A stretch of DNA of 64,000 bases. Origin: an uncultured Prevotellaceae bacterium. Its GTDB lineage: Bacteria; Bacteroidota; Bacteroidia; Bacteroidales; Bacteroidaceae. Location: NCBI GenBank assembly GCA_902783625.1, contig CACZRN010000013.1, positions 979-64,978 of the forward strand, written 5' to 3'. The position numbers and the translations under genes are program-made. Shown here in pieces: positions 38,807-49,797 of this stretch. Under the pieces are notes generated by a model. It searched no databases. It was not told where the DNA came from and was given only the letters and a program-made list of their open reading frames with translations. Numbering within the stretch: position 1 is the stretch's first letter; each line of letters opens with the position of its first letter.

Positions 38807-39760
38807 TTATTTTCCGAATATCGACAGCATCGGTCGTCCCACCCATACCTGTGGGGTTTCAAGCCCCAATATGTAGGCTATGGTGGCTGGCACATCATAC
38901 TGCATCATGGCGTCGGTTATCTCAAATCCGCGCTTCACACCCTTTCCGTAAACGATAAACGGCGACAGCATCTCGTCGAGAGTCATGCCTCCGTGGCCTT
39001 TGTTGATGCCGCCATGATCGGCTGTGAGCACGAAGATGGTGTCGTCGAAGATGCCTGCCTCTTTCACCGCCTCAACCACCTGCGCGATGCAGTGGTCGAG
39101 AATGGTCTCGAAGCTGTAATAGTCGTCGGTATACCATCCTTTGTCATGGCCTTGCAAATCAAGACCGCCATAATAGAGGGCGAAGAAAGTAGGCTTTTGC
39201 TGCTTGATATAGTCGGTAGCCTTTTTATTATATTCGAAGGGATCGCCGCACTCTTTGCAGTTCTCAGGCCCGTATCCGCCACGATAATAGAACATCACAT
39301 CGTCGACGGCAAGCGTGTCGATAACGTATTTTATGCCTATCCAGTCGAACTGCGCGCCTGTCCTGGCATTTGGTCTCTGCTCCTTCAGAATGGAGAATAT
39401 CGTTGGGAATATGCCGTGATTGTTTACCACCGACGACGGTATCTCGGGCACTTGCGAATTCCATTTTGTGTAACCGTGGCTCTCAGTGCCGGCTCCCATG
39501 AAGTTCGATGCCCAGTTGATTGCCGATGCCGATGGCAGCACCGAGCGTTTCTTCAGCGTGTAGCTGCCGTTTTTCATCAGCACGTCCTTCACTGTCGGCA
39601 TTTCAGCAGTTGCCATACTCTTAGATGCCCAGCCGTCGATACCAATCATTATCACATGCTTTGCTTTTGCCTTGCCTTTTGCCTGCAGCGAGCACGGCAT
39701 TGTAATCATTGCCACTGCCGCAACAAGCATCGCCAGAAAGTTTTGTCTGCGCATTCTCAT
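38807..39760 (-). CDS. Secreted alkaline phosphatase superfamily protein (nucleotide pyrophosphatase/phosphodiesterase type)
   Basis: IGIDG, PSASAINWAS, DLQGH, TADHGG and GHGG metal-ligand motifs. Confidence 0.85.
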   Translation of the reverse strand: MRMRRQNFLAMLVAAVAMITMPCSLQAKGKAKAKHVIMIGIDGWASKSMATAEMPTVKDVLMKNGSYTLKKRSVLPSASAINWASNFMGAGTESHGYTKWNSQVPEIPSSVVNNHGIFPTIFSILKEQRPNARTGAQFDWIGIKYVIDTLAVDDVMFYYRGGYGPENCKECGDPFEYNKKATDYIKQQKPTFFALYYGGLDLQGHDKGWYTDDYYSFETILDHCIAQVVEAVKEAGIFDDTIFVLTADHGGINKGHGGMTLDEMLSPFIVYGKGVKRGFEITDAMMQYDVPATIAYILGLETPQVWVGRPMLSIFGK

Positions 39761-39841
39761 GTTTTTAAAGATTTAAAGTTTTAAAAATCAGTTTATCACA
39801 TAAACAACAAAGGACTTCGGATGAAGTCCCATTTGTTAAAG

Positions 39842-39916
39842 TGTTCCGCACTGGGTTCGAACCAGTGACCTCCGCCCTGTCAAGGCGGCGCTCTAAACCA
39901 ACTGAGCTAGCGGAAC
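39842..39916 (-). tRNA. tRNA-Val (GAC)
   Basis: GTTCCGC acceptor stem, CCGCC-TTGACAG-GGCGG anticodon arm, GGTTCGAACCC T-arm. Confidence 0.97.
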
Positions 39917-39933
39917 AAGAGCGTTATGTGGGT

Positions 39934-40080
39934 GCAAAGATAGTGAAAGTTGAGCGGAGAACAAAATAAAATACAAAGAATTTATTTTTTATCCCGAAAC
40001 GCATCCTATCTTCATCGACAGATAAAGATAGTGAAAGTTGAGCGGAGAACAAAATAAAATACAAAGAATTTGTTTTTTCC
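39934..40080 (-). repeat. Promoter-bearing dispersed repeat with 48-bp perfect direct repeat, upstream of tRNA-Val
   Basis: 39936-39983 identical to 40024-40071 (period 88); minus strand reads TTTG-N19-TATCTTTG. Confidence 0.88.
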
Positions 40081-40189
40081 GAAATACTATTTTGAATACT
40101 TGCTTTTTCCCTTCGCAGAAAGAATATCAATCCAACTGCGATTTCTTTATAACAAATTCTTTATTCTTTATTGGCTACGCCGATTGTCT

Positions 40190-41185
40190 TCACTTAATCA
40201 AATACTCCGCTATCTGCACAGCGTTGAGTGCTGCGCCTTTGCGTATCTGGTCGCCAGAGAGCCACAAAGTGATGCCGTTAGGATTGCAGAGGTCTTTTCG
40301 CACACGGCCGACAAATACGTCATCCTTGCCTGCTGTTTCAAGTGGCATGGGATAGACAAGCTCGGCGGGGTTGTCGCGCAGTGTGCACCCCGGTGCTTCG
40401 CTGATGGCTCGCTGCACGTCGGCGATATCCAAGGGGCGCTCAGTCTCTATCCACACACTCTCGGAGTGGCTGCGGAGCGATGACACACGCACACAGGTGG
40501 CTGAGCATTCAACGTCGGAGTGCATAATCTTGCGTGTCTCGTTGTACATCTTCATCTCCTCTTTGGTATAGCCGTTGTCGGTGAACACGTCGATCTGCGG
40601 TATCACGTTGTATGCCAACTGATGCGGGAATTTCTTCACCGTCGGCTCTTTGCCTGCCACGAGGTCGGCATACTGCTGCTCGAGCTCTGCCATTGCTGCC
40701 GCACCGGCACCGCTGGCACTCTGATAGCTTGCGACGTGGATGCGACGGATGTGACTCAATCTTTCTATGGGCTGGAGTACAACCACCATCATTATCGTCG
40801 TGCAGTTGGGGTTGGCGATGATGTTGCGTGGCCTCGTGAGGGCATCCTCGGCATTGCACTCCGGCACCACCAGAGGCACGTCGGCATACATACGGAAAGC
40901 GCTCGAGTTGTCGATCATCACTGTACCGTGCTTCGTTATCGTCTCAGCAAACTCCTTCGAAGTGCCGCCGCCTGCCGACACAAAGGCATAGTCGATACCG
41001 CGGAAATCGTCGTTATGTTGAAGGAGACGCACGGTGAGTTCCTTGCCACGGAACGCATACTTGCGTCCAGCCGACCGCTCCGAACCGAACAGAACAAGTT
41101 CATCTACTGGGAAATTGCGCTCTTCGAGAATGCGCAGGAGTTCCTGACCAACAGCGCCGCTGGCGCCAACAATTGCTGCTTTCAT
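40190..41185 (-). CDS. asd: Aspartate-semialdehyde dehydrogenase
   Basis: [37 protein letters not shown]. Confidence 0.96.
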   Translation of the reverse strand: MKAAIVGASGAVGQELLRILEERNFPVDELVLFGSERSAGRKYAFRGKELTVRLLQHNDDFRGIDYAFVSAGGGTSKEFAETITKHGTVMIDNSSAFRMYADVPLVVPECNAEDALTRPRNIIANPNCTTIMMVVVLQPIERLSHIRRIHVASYQSASGAGAAAMAELEQQYADLVAGKEPTVKKFPHQLAYNVIPQIDVFTDNGYTKEEMKMYNETRKIMHSDVECSATCVRVSSLRSHSESVWIETERPLDIADVQRAISEAPGCTLRDNPAELVYPMPLETAGKDDVFVGRVRKDLCNPNGITLWLSGDQIRKGAALNAVQIAEYLIK

Positions 41186-41496
41186 ATCTTTTATTTTGTC
41201 CTTTCTGTTTTTATGGGTTTCATTAACCGCAGTGCAAAATTAAGCATTTTCCCTTTATTAACCACAAACTATAATGGCAAAAATATCAATCGAATCTGAT
41301 AACAGGCATATATAATTGCAGTATCAAGGCCAGATAGCAGTTGTTGCATTATATATTAAATAAGGTGGAAAAATGCAAAAAGAGAGTCGACATAGGGATT
41401 TTTTCAAAAAGAAATAAGTAATTTTGCAACAGAGATATTATTGCCACTAATGTTGGTGGCATTCGGTATGTCTCAGTAAAGTGTGTATCGCAGCCT

Positions 41497-43611
41497 ATGG
41501 TTAGCATTTCGAGCTATTTTCCCATTACCAACCCCACGCTGATATTCTTCGTGGTGCTCACGGTGATATTGCTTGCCCCCATCGTTATGGGTAAGCTGCG
41601 CATTCCACATATCATCGGCATGGTGATCGCTGGAGTATTACTGGGACAGTACGGGCTAAACATATTGGAACGCGACGACTCGTTTGAGTTGTTCGGACGC
41701 GTGGGACTCTATTACATCATGTTCCTCGCTTCGCTCGAGATGGACATGGAAGGACTGCGCAAGAGCATTGGCCGCATCAGCGTGTTCGGACTTCTCTCGG
41801 CAGCGGTGCCGCTTGTGCTGACATTCTGGCTGAGCCGCACAATGCTCGGATATAGTCCCGAGAGCTCGATGCTGCTGGGGTGCATAATGGCATCGAACAC
41901 GCTGATAGCCTACCCCATCGTGAGCCGCTACGGCCTGGGAACGAAGCAGAGCGTGGCAATGAGTGTGGGAGCAACGCTTATATCGTTGACCATAGCACTG
42001 ACGCTGCTGGCCGCGTTGGTGGCGCGAAACAACGGTTCTGGGGGCGTATTCTTCTGGCTGTTCTTCTTCGTAAAGATTGCGGTATTCTGCACTGCTATGG
42101 TGTTCTTCATCCCTCGACTGACACGATGGTTCCTAAGGAGATACTCCGATGCGGTGATGCAGTTCATATTCGTCATGTCTGTGATGTTCCTCACCGCAGC
42201 ACTAAGCGAGATAGTGGGACTCGAAGGCATATTCGGTGCATTCCTGGCCGGACTTATACTTAACCGCTACATCCCGCGCGTATCGCCACTGATGAATCGC
42301 ATCGAGTTTATCGGCAATGCGCTGTTTATCCCCTATTTCCTCATCGGTGTGGGTATGCTCATCAACGTCAGCGTGCTCTTCAGCGGCAAGGAGATAGTGT
42401 GGGTGGTACTGCTCACGGTGTTCTGCGGAACGGTGGGTAAGGCGATTGCCGCCTATCTGTCGGGGTTCCTGTATCACATGCCGATGCGCGACCGCCACAT
42501 GATGTTCGGCCTCACATCGGCCCACGCGGCAGGTGCCATAGCCATGGTGACAGTGGGGATAGGAATTAAAGCCGCATCGGGAGGCATGCTAGTTGATGAC
42601 GATATGCTTAATGGCGTGGTGGTGATGATACTATTCACATGTGTCATATCGACCTTAGCCACCGAGAAAGCAGCGCAGCAGATAACATTCCATGATGCTG
42701 AGATTAACGACACCGACACGGGAATCGACGATGAGAAGATAATAATCCCGATGAAATACCCGGAGTATGCCGAAAGGCTCGTTAACCTCGCCATACTCAC
42801 CCGCAACCCGAAACTGCAACGTGCCATAGTAGGCCTCAACGTGGTGTACGACGACCAGATGATGAGCGCCAACCAGGCAGCAGGAGCTCGACTGCTCGAA
42901 AACATGACACGGGTGGCTGCCGCCGCCGATGTGAGAATGCAGACACAGGTGAGAATTGCGGCTAATATAGCCAACGGCATTAAGCACGCATTCAAGGAAT
43001 TCCGCGCAAGCGAGATAATCATCGGACTGCATACACACAAGGAAGTATCAACAAAATTCTGGGGAGAGTTCCATCAAAGCCTGTTCAACGGACTCAGCCG
43101 ACAGATAATGATGGCGCGACTGATGCAACCACTCGCCACAATAAGGCGAATACAAGTGGCTGTGCCGTCGAGGGCAGAGTTCGAACCAGGCTTCTACCGT
43201 TGGTTGGAGCGACTGGCCCGACTGGCAGGCAATCTGGAGTGCCGCATACAGTTCCACGGAAGAACCGACACGCTGCAACTGATTGCTCAATTCATTCGCA
43301 ACAGACATCCCGACGTGAGAGCCGACTTCCAAGAGATGGTACACTGGAACGAGCTGCCTCGACTGGCTTCGACAATAGCCGCCGATCATTTGTTTGTAGT
43401 GGTAACTGCGCGTAAAGGAACGGTGTCGTACAAAGCAGCACACGACCGCCTGCCAAACGAACTGACACAGTTCTTCTCGGGGACAAACCTGATGATAATA
43501 TTCCCCGACCAGTACGGCGACCTGATGGAGAACATGACATTCGCACAGCCGCAACATACCGAAGACGGAAGTGCATACGAGGCCATCAGAAAACTGATAT
43601 TCAGAAAATAG
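41497..43611 (+). CDS. Cation:proton antiporter (CPA2) with C-terminal USP-like domain
   Basis: Polytopic N-terminal half with LEGIFGAFLAG and FIPYFLIGVG; soluble C-terminal half. Confidence 0.85.
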   Translation: MVSISSYFPITNPTLIFFVVLTVILLAPIVMGKLRIPHIIGMVIAGVLLGQYGLNILERDDSFELFGRVGLYYIMFLASLEMDMEGLRKSIGRISVFGLLSAAVPLVLTFWLSRTMLGYSPESSMLLGCIMASNTLIAYPIVSRYGLGTKQSVAMSVGATLISLTIALTLLAALVARNNGSGGVFFWLFFFVKIAVFCTAMVFFIPRLTRWFLRRYSDAVMQFIFVMSVMFLTAALSEIVGLEGIFGAFLAGLILNRYIPRVSPLMNRIEFIGNALFIPYFLIGVGMLINVSVLFSGKEIVWVVLLTVFCGTVGKAIAAYLSGFLYHMPMRDRHMMFGLTSAHAAGAIAMVTVGIGIKAASGGMLVDDDMLNGVVVMILFTCVISTLATEKAAQQITFHDAEINDTDTGIDDEKIIIPMKYPEYAERLVNLAILTRNPKLQRAIVGLNVVYDDQMMSANQAAGARLLENMTRVAAAADVRMQTQVRIAANIANGIKHAFKEFRASEIIIGLHTHKEVSTKFWGEFHQSLFNGLSRQIMMARLMQPLATIRRIQVAVPSRAEFEPGFYRWLERLARLAGNLECRIQFHGRTDTLQLIAQFIRNRHPDVRADFQEMVHWNELPRLASTIAADHLFVVVTARKGTVSYKAAHDRLPNELTQFFSGTNLMIIFPDQYGDLMENMTFAQPQHTEDGSAYEAIRKLIFRK

Positions 43612-43627
43612 GAAATAATTATTGATA

Positions 43628-44317
43628 ATGATCGATATTAAAGATATTCGGAAAAGCTTTGGACAACTCGAGGTACTGAAAGGCATCACGATGCACATCG
43701 ACCGTGGCGAGATTGTGAGCATTGTAGGACCGAGCGGTGCGGGAAAGACCACATTGCTTCAAATAGTGGGAACGCTCGACCGCCCCGACACTGGTACAAT
43801 CATCATCGATGGCACCGATGTGAGCACATTGCGCGACCGACAACTGAGCTATTTCAGAGGCCGAAACATCGGTTTTATTTTCCAATTTCATCAGCTTCTG
43901 CCTGAATTCACGGCCACTGAGAACATTATGATGCCTGCGCTCATCGCCGGCACATCGCGCAAAGAGGCTCGCACAAAGGCAGAGGAACTGCTCGCATATA
44001 TGGGTCTCAGCGACCGCGCAAACCATAAACCCGCACAACTGTCGGGAGGTGAGAAACAACGCATAGCAGTGGCAAGGGCTCTGATAAACAACCCCGCAGT
44101 GGTGCTTGCCGACGAACCGTCTGGGAGCCTCGACTCTAAAAACAAACAAGAACTGCATCAGTTGTTCTTCGATCTTAGAGACAAACTGGGGCAGACTTTC
44201 GTAATAGTGACCCACGATGAGGAACTGGCACGGATTACCGACCGAACCATACATCTGAAAGACGGACTAATAGTGGATGCTGAAACGGCTGTAACGCCAT
44301 CTGTGCCAATTATTTGA
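43628..44317 (+). CDS. ABC transporter ATP-binding protein (LolD-like)
   Basis: [40 protein letters not shown]. Confidence 0.88.
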   Translation: MIDIKDIRKSFGQLEVLKGITMHIDRGEIVSIVGPSGAGKTTLLQIVGTLDRPDTGTIIIDGTDVSTLRDRQLSYFRGRNIGFIFQFHQLLPEFTATENIMMPALIAGTSRKEARTKAEELLAYMGLSDRANHKPAQLSGGEKQRIAVARALINNPAVVLADEPSGSLDSKNKQELHQLFFDLRDKLGQTFVIVTHDEELARITDRTIHLKDGLIVDAETAVTPSVPII

Positions 44318-44334
44318 AATGCTCACAGAATAAT

Positions 44335-45174
44335 ATGGAAAGACACATAAAACTCGGTGACTGGAATCTCCTGCGCATAATCAGATACTCCGATTACGGA
44401 CTATATCTCGACGGTGGACGCGACGGTAGGATATTGCTCCCCAACCGATACGTCACGCCCGACATGCAGCGCGGACAGGAAATAAATGCCTTCATCTATC
44501 TCGACCAAGAGGAGCGTCCTGTGGCAACAACCGAGACTCCGCTGGCAAAAGTAGGCGACTTCGCATACCTCGAATGTGTGTGGGTGAATGAATACGGGGC
44601 ATTCCTCGATTGGGGACTGATGAAAAACCTTTTCTGCCCGTTCCATGAACAGAAAATGAAGATGGAGATAGGCAAGCGATATATTGTGTACATATATATC
44701 GACGAAGAGAGCTATCGCATCGTGGCATCGGCAAAAGTCGACAAATTCATCAACCACAGAACTCCCGAATACGAAAAAGGACAGAAGGTGACAGGACTGG
44801 TCCGCCAGAAGACAGAAGTAGGATTTAAGGTTATCGTCGACAACCAGTGGAACGGCATGGTCTATGATAACGAGATATATCGCCACGTCACTACGGGCGA
44901 CCATATTGACTGCTATGTGAAAGAGGTGCGCTTCGATGGGAAAATCGATCTGTCACTGCAACCTATCGGGCATCAGCACACCGAAGAATTTGCAGAGGTT
45001 TTGCTACGCTATCTTGAAGAGCACGACGGAATATGCCAGTTGGGGGACAAAAGCGATGCGGAAGACATTAAAAACACGTTTGAAGTGAGTAAGAAAGCGT
45101 TCAAACGGGCAATAGGCGATCTCTACAAACGAAGACTTATAACCGTTGAGCCAATGTGTATAAAACTGATATAG
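44335..45174 (+). CDS. CvfB family S1 RNA-binding protein
   Basis: GAFLDWGL.K.LF.P..EQ, DGKIDLSL, SKKAFKRAIG.LYK. Confidence 0.85.
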   Translation: MERHIKLGDWNLLRIIRYSDYGLYLDGGRDGRILLPNRYVTPDMQRGQEINAFIYLDQEERPVATTETPLAKVGDFAYLECVWVNEYGAFLDWGLMKNLFCPFHEQKMKMEIGKRYIVYIYIDEESYRIVASAKVDKFINHRTPEYEKGQKVTGLVRQKTEVGFKVIVDNQWNGMVYDNEIYRHVTTGDHIDCYVKEVRFDGKIDLSLQPIGHQHTEEFAEVLLRYLEEHDGICQLGDKSDAEDIKNTFEVSKKAFKRAIGDLYKRRLITVEPMCIKLI

Positions 45175-45182
45175 AAACAAAA

Positions 45183-45226
45183 TCCGGCCGATAATCAGAA
45201 ATGACTATCGGCCGGAATTTTTTTTG
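45183..45226. terminator. Bidirectional terminator
   Basis: tccggccgata...tatcggccgga flanked by A and T runs between convergent genes. Confidence 0.75.
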
Positions 45227-45243
45227 TTTACACCCCTATTCCT

Positions 45244-46683
45244 CTAGAACTCAGCATTCTTCGGAGTACGTGGGAATGGTATAACGTCGCGGATGTTTTG
45301 CATTCCTGTGACGAAAAGAATGAGTCGCTCGAACCCAAGACCGAAACCGCCGTGTGGGCATGTACCAAACTTACGGGTATCCATATACCACCAAAGATGG
45401 GTAGTGTCCATCTTACGACGCTCAATCTCGCTCATCAGCTTGTCGTAGCTCTCTTCACGAACAGAACCTCCGATAATCTCGCCTATCTGCGGGAAGAGGA
45501 CATCGGTGCCTTGCATGGTAGGACCAGGAGCCACAGCACCCTTATAACCAACGGAACCTCCGTCGGCTGAAGCCTCATTCTGCTTCATATAGAACGATTT
45601 GAATTCACGCGGATAATCGGTCATGATTACCGGTTTCTTAAAATGCTCCTCCACGAGATAGCGCTCGTGCTCACTGGCAAGATCATCACCCCACTGACAT
45701 GGGAATTCAAACTTATGACCGTTCTTCACCGCCTCTTGCAGGATATTGATACCTTCAGTATAGGGCAGACGAACAAAACTATCCTTAAGAACACCTTCCA
45801 AGCGCTCGATAAGAGTTTTGTCTATCATCTTGTTAAGGAACTCCAAATCGTCCTTACAATTATCGAGTGCCCATCTTACACAGTACTTTATGAAATCTTC
45901 CTCAAGATCCATAAGTTCTTCCTGATCAATAAATGCCACCTCTGGCTCAATCATCCAGAACTCGGCAAGATGTCGTGGAGTGTTGCTGTTTTCAGCGCGG
46001 AATGTAGGACCGAAGGTATAGATTGCGCCCAAAGCTGTTGCTCCGAGTTCTCCCTCAAGCTGTCCTGACACGGTGAGTGAAGTCTGCTCGCCAAAGAAAT
46101 CATCGTCGTAGATAATCTTCCCTTGCTCGTCTTTCTTCAAGTCGTACAAATTCTTCGTGGTCACCTGGAACATATTGCCAGCACCCTCGCAATCGCTTGC
46201 CGTGATGAGTGGCGTGTTGAAATAGAAGAAGCCATGGTCGTGGAAATACTTATGGATGGCAATTGCCATGTTGTGACGGATGCGCATAACGGCACCGAAG
46301 GTGTTTGTGCGCAGACGAAGATGTGCATACTGGCGCATATATTCGAAGCTCTGCCCCTTCTTCTGCATCGGGTAGTCGGCATCGCATGTGCCATAGAGTT
46401 CTATCGACTGGCACTGTATTTCCGACGACTGACCTGCACCAAGACTCTCTACAAGTTCACCGGTAGCACTTATGCAAGCACCCGTGGTGATTTGCTTGAG
46501 CAGACTCTCGTCGAATTTTGTCGGGTCGACAACTATTTGGACATTCTTTATTGTAGAACCATCGTTCAAAGCGATAAAGTCAACTGCCTTACTGCTGCGA
46601 TGAGTACGCACCCATCCTTTCACATTGACGATTGTTCCGTAGTCGGTACATTTTAATATGTCAACGACTTTAGTTCTTTTCAT
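45244..46683 (-). CDS. asnS: Asparagine--tRNA ligase
   Basis: [40 protein letters not shown]. Confidence 0.97.
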   Translation of the reverse strand: MKRTKVVDILKCTDYGTIVNVKGWVRTHRSSKAVDFIALNDGSTIKNVQIVVDPTKFDESLLKQITTGACISATGELVESLGAGQSSEIQCQSIELYGTCDADYPMQKKGQSFEYMRQYAHLRLRTNTFGAVMRIRHNMAIAIHKYFHDHGFFYFNTPLITASDCEGAGNMFQVTTKNLYDLKKDEQGKIIYDDDFFGEQTSLTVSGQLEGELGATALGAIYTFGPTFRAENSNTPRHLAEFWMIEPEVAFIDQEELMDLEEDFIKYCVRWALDNCKDDLEFLNKMIDKTLIERLEGVLKDSFVRLPYTEGINILQEAVKNGHKFEFPCQWGDDLASEHERYLVEEHFKKPVIMTDYPREFKSFYMKQNEASADGGSVGYKGAVAPGPTMQGTDVLFPQIGEIIGGSVREESYDKLMSEIERRKMDTTHLWWYMDTRKFGTCPHGGFGLGFERLILFVTGMQNIRDVIPFPRTPKNAEF

Positions 46684-46719
46684 TTCTCTGTTTATTTATA
46701 GATTAATTTCCGTTAGTTA

Positions 46720-48087
46720 TCATTCGAATGCTCCCATTCTGAGCATTTCAACTTCCTTCTCTGTAAGGAAACGCCAGTCGCCACGACGAAGATTCTTCTT
46801 CGTCAGTCCTGCGAACTGTACTCTGTCGAGCTTGACGACGCGGTATCCGAGGTGTTCGAATATGCGTCGGACGATGCGGTTCTTACCACTGTGTATCTCG
46901 ATACCCACTTGACTCTTGTCGTTCTCATCGGGATAGTCAATGGCATCAGCATGTACCTCGCCATCCTCGAGTTCAATACCCTCGGCGATGCGCTGCATGT
47001 CGTAAGCGGTGATATTCTTGTCGAGGAACACATGATATACTTTCTTCTTCAAGAATTTCGGGTGTGTGAGCTTTGAGGCGAGGTCACCGTCGTTTGTGAG
47101 CAAGAGTACACCTGTGGTATTGCGGTCAAGTCGTCCTACAGGATATATACGCTCTGGGCAGATGCCTTTCACCAAATCCATAACGGTTTTACGCTGCTGT
47201 GGATCATCGCTGGTGGTAACGCAATCTTTTGGTTTGTTAAGCAACACATACACCTTCTTCTCAATGATGACAGGTTTATCCTGGAAACGAATATCGTCGG
47301 TGCGCAACACCTTGGTGCCGAGCTCCTTAACAACCTCTCCGTTCACTGTCACCACTCCTGCTTGTATGAACTCATCGGCTTCTCTGCGACTGCATACTCC
47401 TGCATTGGCGAGGAACTTGTTCAAGCGTATCGGCACTGTCGGATCGATATAATCCTCGTTGTAATCAATGCGGCGCTTGAAGTTGAATTTCGGGTTCTGG
47501 TTGAAATTCTGACGTGGCTGACGGAATCCTCCCTGCTGACGTGGCTGATAGCCTTGGCGCTGCTGATAACCCTGACGGCCATAGCCTTGACGTGGCTGAT
47601 AACCTTCTTCACCGTTATTGTTATAGCGTGGGCGATAACCTTGCTGTTGATGCGGCTGGTAGCCTTGGCGTGGTTGGTAGCCCTGACGATCATACTGATG
47701 TGGCTGGAAGCCTTCCCCTTCATTGTTGTTATATCGAGGACGATAGCCTTGCTGCTGGCGTGGCTGATATCCTCCCTGCTCATTATTATATCGTGGACGA
47801 TAGCCCTGCTGCTGACGTGGCTGATAAGAGCCTTGCTGGTTATAGCGAGGGTGGTATCCCTGTTGACCATCTTGCTGACGGCCTTGCAGTCCTGCTCCAA
47901 ATCCTTCTGGGCGGAAACCTTCTTCGCGCACATAGTTGTGCTGATTCTGAATGCGTGGACGCTGTGGACGCCCGTCGGGGCGGAACTGGCGCTGATAGCT
48001 AGAAGGTTGTGTCTGATGTCCTTCATGTTTCTCCGATGACTGGTCGGTAGATTGTTCCTGATTGTAATTCTCAAATTCCTTTTCCAT
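46720..48087 (-). CDS. rluB: Pseudouridine synthase (RluB/RsuA family) with long Q/G/Y/R-rich N-terminal extension
   Basis: S4 domain RLNKFLA.AG.CSRR.AD; catalytic GRLDR.TTG. Confidence 0.85.
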   Translation of the reverse strand: MEKEFENYNQEQSTDQSSEKHEGHQTQPSSYQRQFRPDGRPQRPRIQNQHNYVREEGFRPEGFGAGLQGRQQDGQQGYHPRYNQQGSYQPRQQQGYRPRYNNEQGGYQPRQQQGYRPRYNNNEGEGFQPHQYDRQGYQPRQGYQPHQQQGYRPRYNNNGEEGYQPRQGYGRQGYQQRQGYQPRQQGGFRQPRQNFNQNPKFNFKRRIDYNEDYIDPTVPIRLNKFLANAGVCSRREADEFIQAGVVTVNGEVVKELGTKVLRTDDIRFQDKPVIIEKKVYVLLNKPKDCVTTSDDPQQRKTVMDLVKGICPERIYPVGRLDRNTTGVLLLTNDGDLASKLTHPKFLKKKVYHVFLDKNITAYDMQRIAEGIELEDGEVHADAIDYPDENDKSQVGIEIHSGKNRIVRRIFEHLGYRVVKLDRVQFAGLTKKNLRRGDWRFLTEKEVEMLRMGAFE

Positions 48088-48260
48088 ATTATCTTTTCTT
48101 TTTTATTGCCTCACGGCTATATTAATGAATAATTTTTTTAATAAATGTTTTCTTTCTCTCTTTTTCTGAAAATGTTCTCTTACGCGTGTGTCTGGTTCTT
48201 GATCTTGCTTTTTTTAGTTTTACAATTGGGAATAATGCCCTCAAATTTACGCTTTCGGCA

Positions 48261-49607
48261 TTAGATTCCCGTATAATTACTTGGTGTTATTGCTTTTAGT
48301 TCAGCCTTTATCTTTTCGTTTATGTTTAATGTGTCGATAAATCGATGTATTGTCTGTTGAGTCATCCTCTCATTTGTGCGTGTCAGCTCTTTCAGTGCTT
48401 CGTATGGGTGCGGATATCCTTCGCGACGCAGTATTGTCTGTATTGCCTCAGCCACCACAGCCCATGTGTCGTCGAGATCGTGCTGTATACGCTCTTCGTT
48501 CATTATCAGTTTGCGCAGTCCTTTAAGCGTGCTCACCACAGCAATGAGCGTATGTGCGAATGGCACACCCACATTCCGAAGCACGGTTGAATCGGTAAGG
48601 TCGCGTTGCAAACGGCTGATGGGCAGTTTCTGCGATAGGAAAGTAAATGTGGCGTTGGCAAGTCCGAGGTTACCCTCTGAGTTTTCAAAGTCGATGGGGT
48701 TCACCTTATGAGGCATAGCACTTGAGCCGACCTCGCCTTTCTTTATCTTCTGCTGGAAATATCCCATAGAGATGTATGTCCAGAAGTCGCGATCGAGGTC
48801 TATGATAATTGTGTTCACACGTTTCATTGCATCGAAGAGCGATGCCAGATAGTCATAGTTGCTTATCTGAGTCGTATATTCCTCGCGCTGCAATCCGAGC
48901 TTTTCGCTCACGAACTTATTCCCGAATGCCCTCCAGTCGTAATTGGGATATGCAACATGGTGTGCGTTGAAGTTTCCTGTAGCACCGCCAAACTTAGCAG
49001 TCAGACGCACCTCTTTCAGTGTCTCCAGCTGCTCGCGCAAACGATATACGAACACCATTATCTCCTTTCCCAGTCGTGTCGGCGACGCTGGCTGACCATG
49101 TGTCTTGGCAAGCATGGGCACATTGCGCCATTCCTCGGCATACTCCGCAAGTTGAGCGATTAGCTCTTCGACTGCCGGCACATACACATCGGCAAGGGCC
49201 TCCTTCACCGACAGGGGAACGCTGGTATTATTTATGTCTTGCGACGTAAGACCGAAGTGTATGAACTCCATAAACTTCTCGAAGCCGCCCATCTGCTCAA
49301 GGCGCTCCTTGATGAAGTATTCCACGGCCTTCACGTCGTGGTTGGTGATGCTCTCAATCTCTTTCACTCTCTGTGCGTCGGCCTCGCTGAAATCGGCATA
49401 GATGCCTCGAAGCTCCTCAAACCGACTTGCATCCATATCGCACAACTGCGGCAGGGGTATCTCGCATAGCGAAATAAAGTATTCAATCTCTACTCTCACA
49501 CGATAACGGATGAGTGCATACTCCGAAAAATATGCAGACAACGATGATGTCTTTGAACGATAACGTCCATCGATGGGAGATATTGCCGTAAGAGAATTGA
49601 GGTTCAT
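48261..49607 (-). CDS. purB: Adenylosuccinate lyase
   Basis: SPIDGRY, HFGLTSQD, GSSAMPHKVNPIDFEN. Confidence 0.96.
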   Translation of the reverse strand: MNLNSLTAISPIDGRYRSKTSSLSAYFSEYALIRYRVRVEIEYFISLCEIPLPQLCDMDASRFEELRGIYADFSEADAQRVKEIESITNHDVKAVEYFIKERLEQMGGFEKFMEFIHFGLTSQDINNTSVPLSVKEALADVYVPAVEELIAQLAEYAEEWRNVPMLAKTHGQPASPTRLGKEIMVFVYRLREQLETLKEVRLTAKFGGATGNFNAHHVAYPNYDWRAFGNKFVSEKLGLQREEYTTQISNYDYLASLFDAMKRVNTIIIDLDRDFWTYISMGYFQQKIKKGEVGSSAMPHKVNPIDFENSEGNLGLANATFTFLSQKLPISRLQRDLTDSTVLRNVGVPFAHTLIAVVSTLKGLRKLIMNEERIQHDLDDTWAVVAEAIQTILRREGYPHPYEALKELTRTNERMTQQTIHRFIDTLNINEKIKAELKAITPSNYTGI

Positions 49608-49797
49608 AGCTAACACCTATTGTTGATTTTGCAAATTTACAACTTTTTATTTAATCGCAGAATTTTATCCGTGTTTTTTTTACCATTACCGTCGCGCAAA
49701 TGATTTTTATCATTCAAAGCTTTGCTTTTTCTTGTATTTACAGACAATTATGCATATCTTTGCAAACATAAAGTAAACATGCTTAACTGTCACTCAC

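Noticed and set aside
41442-41461. 5'-UTR hairpin before the CPA2 antiporter as a riboswitch
   Set aside because: Single short stem with no match I can recognise to a known aptamer
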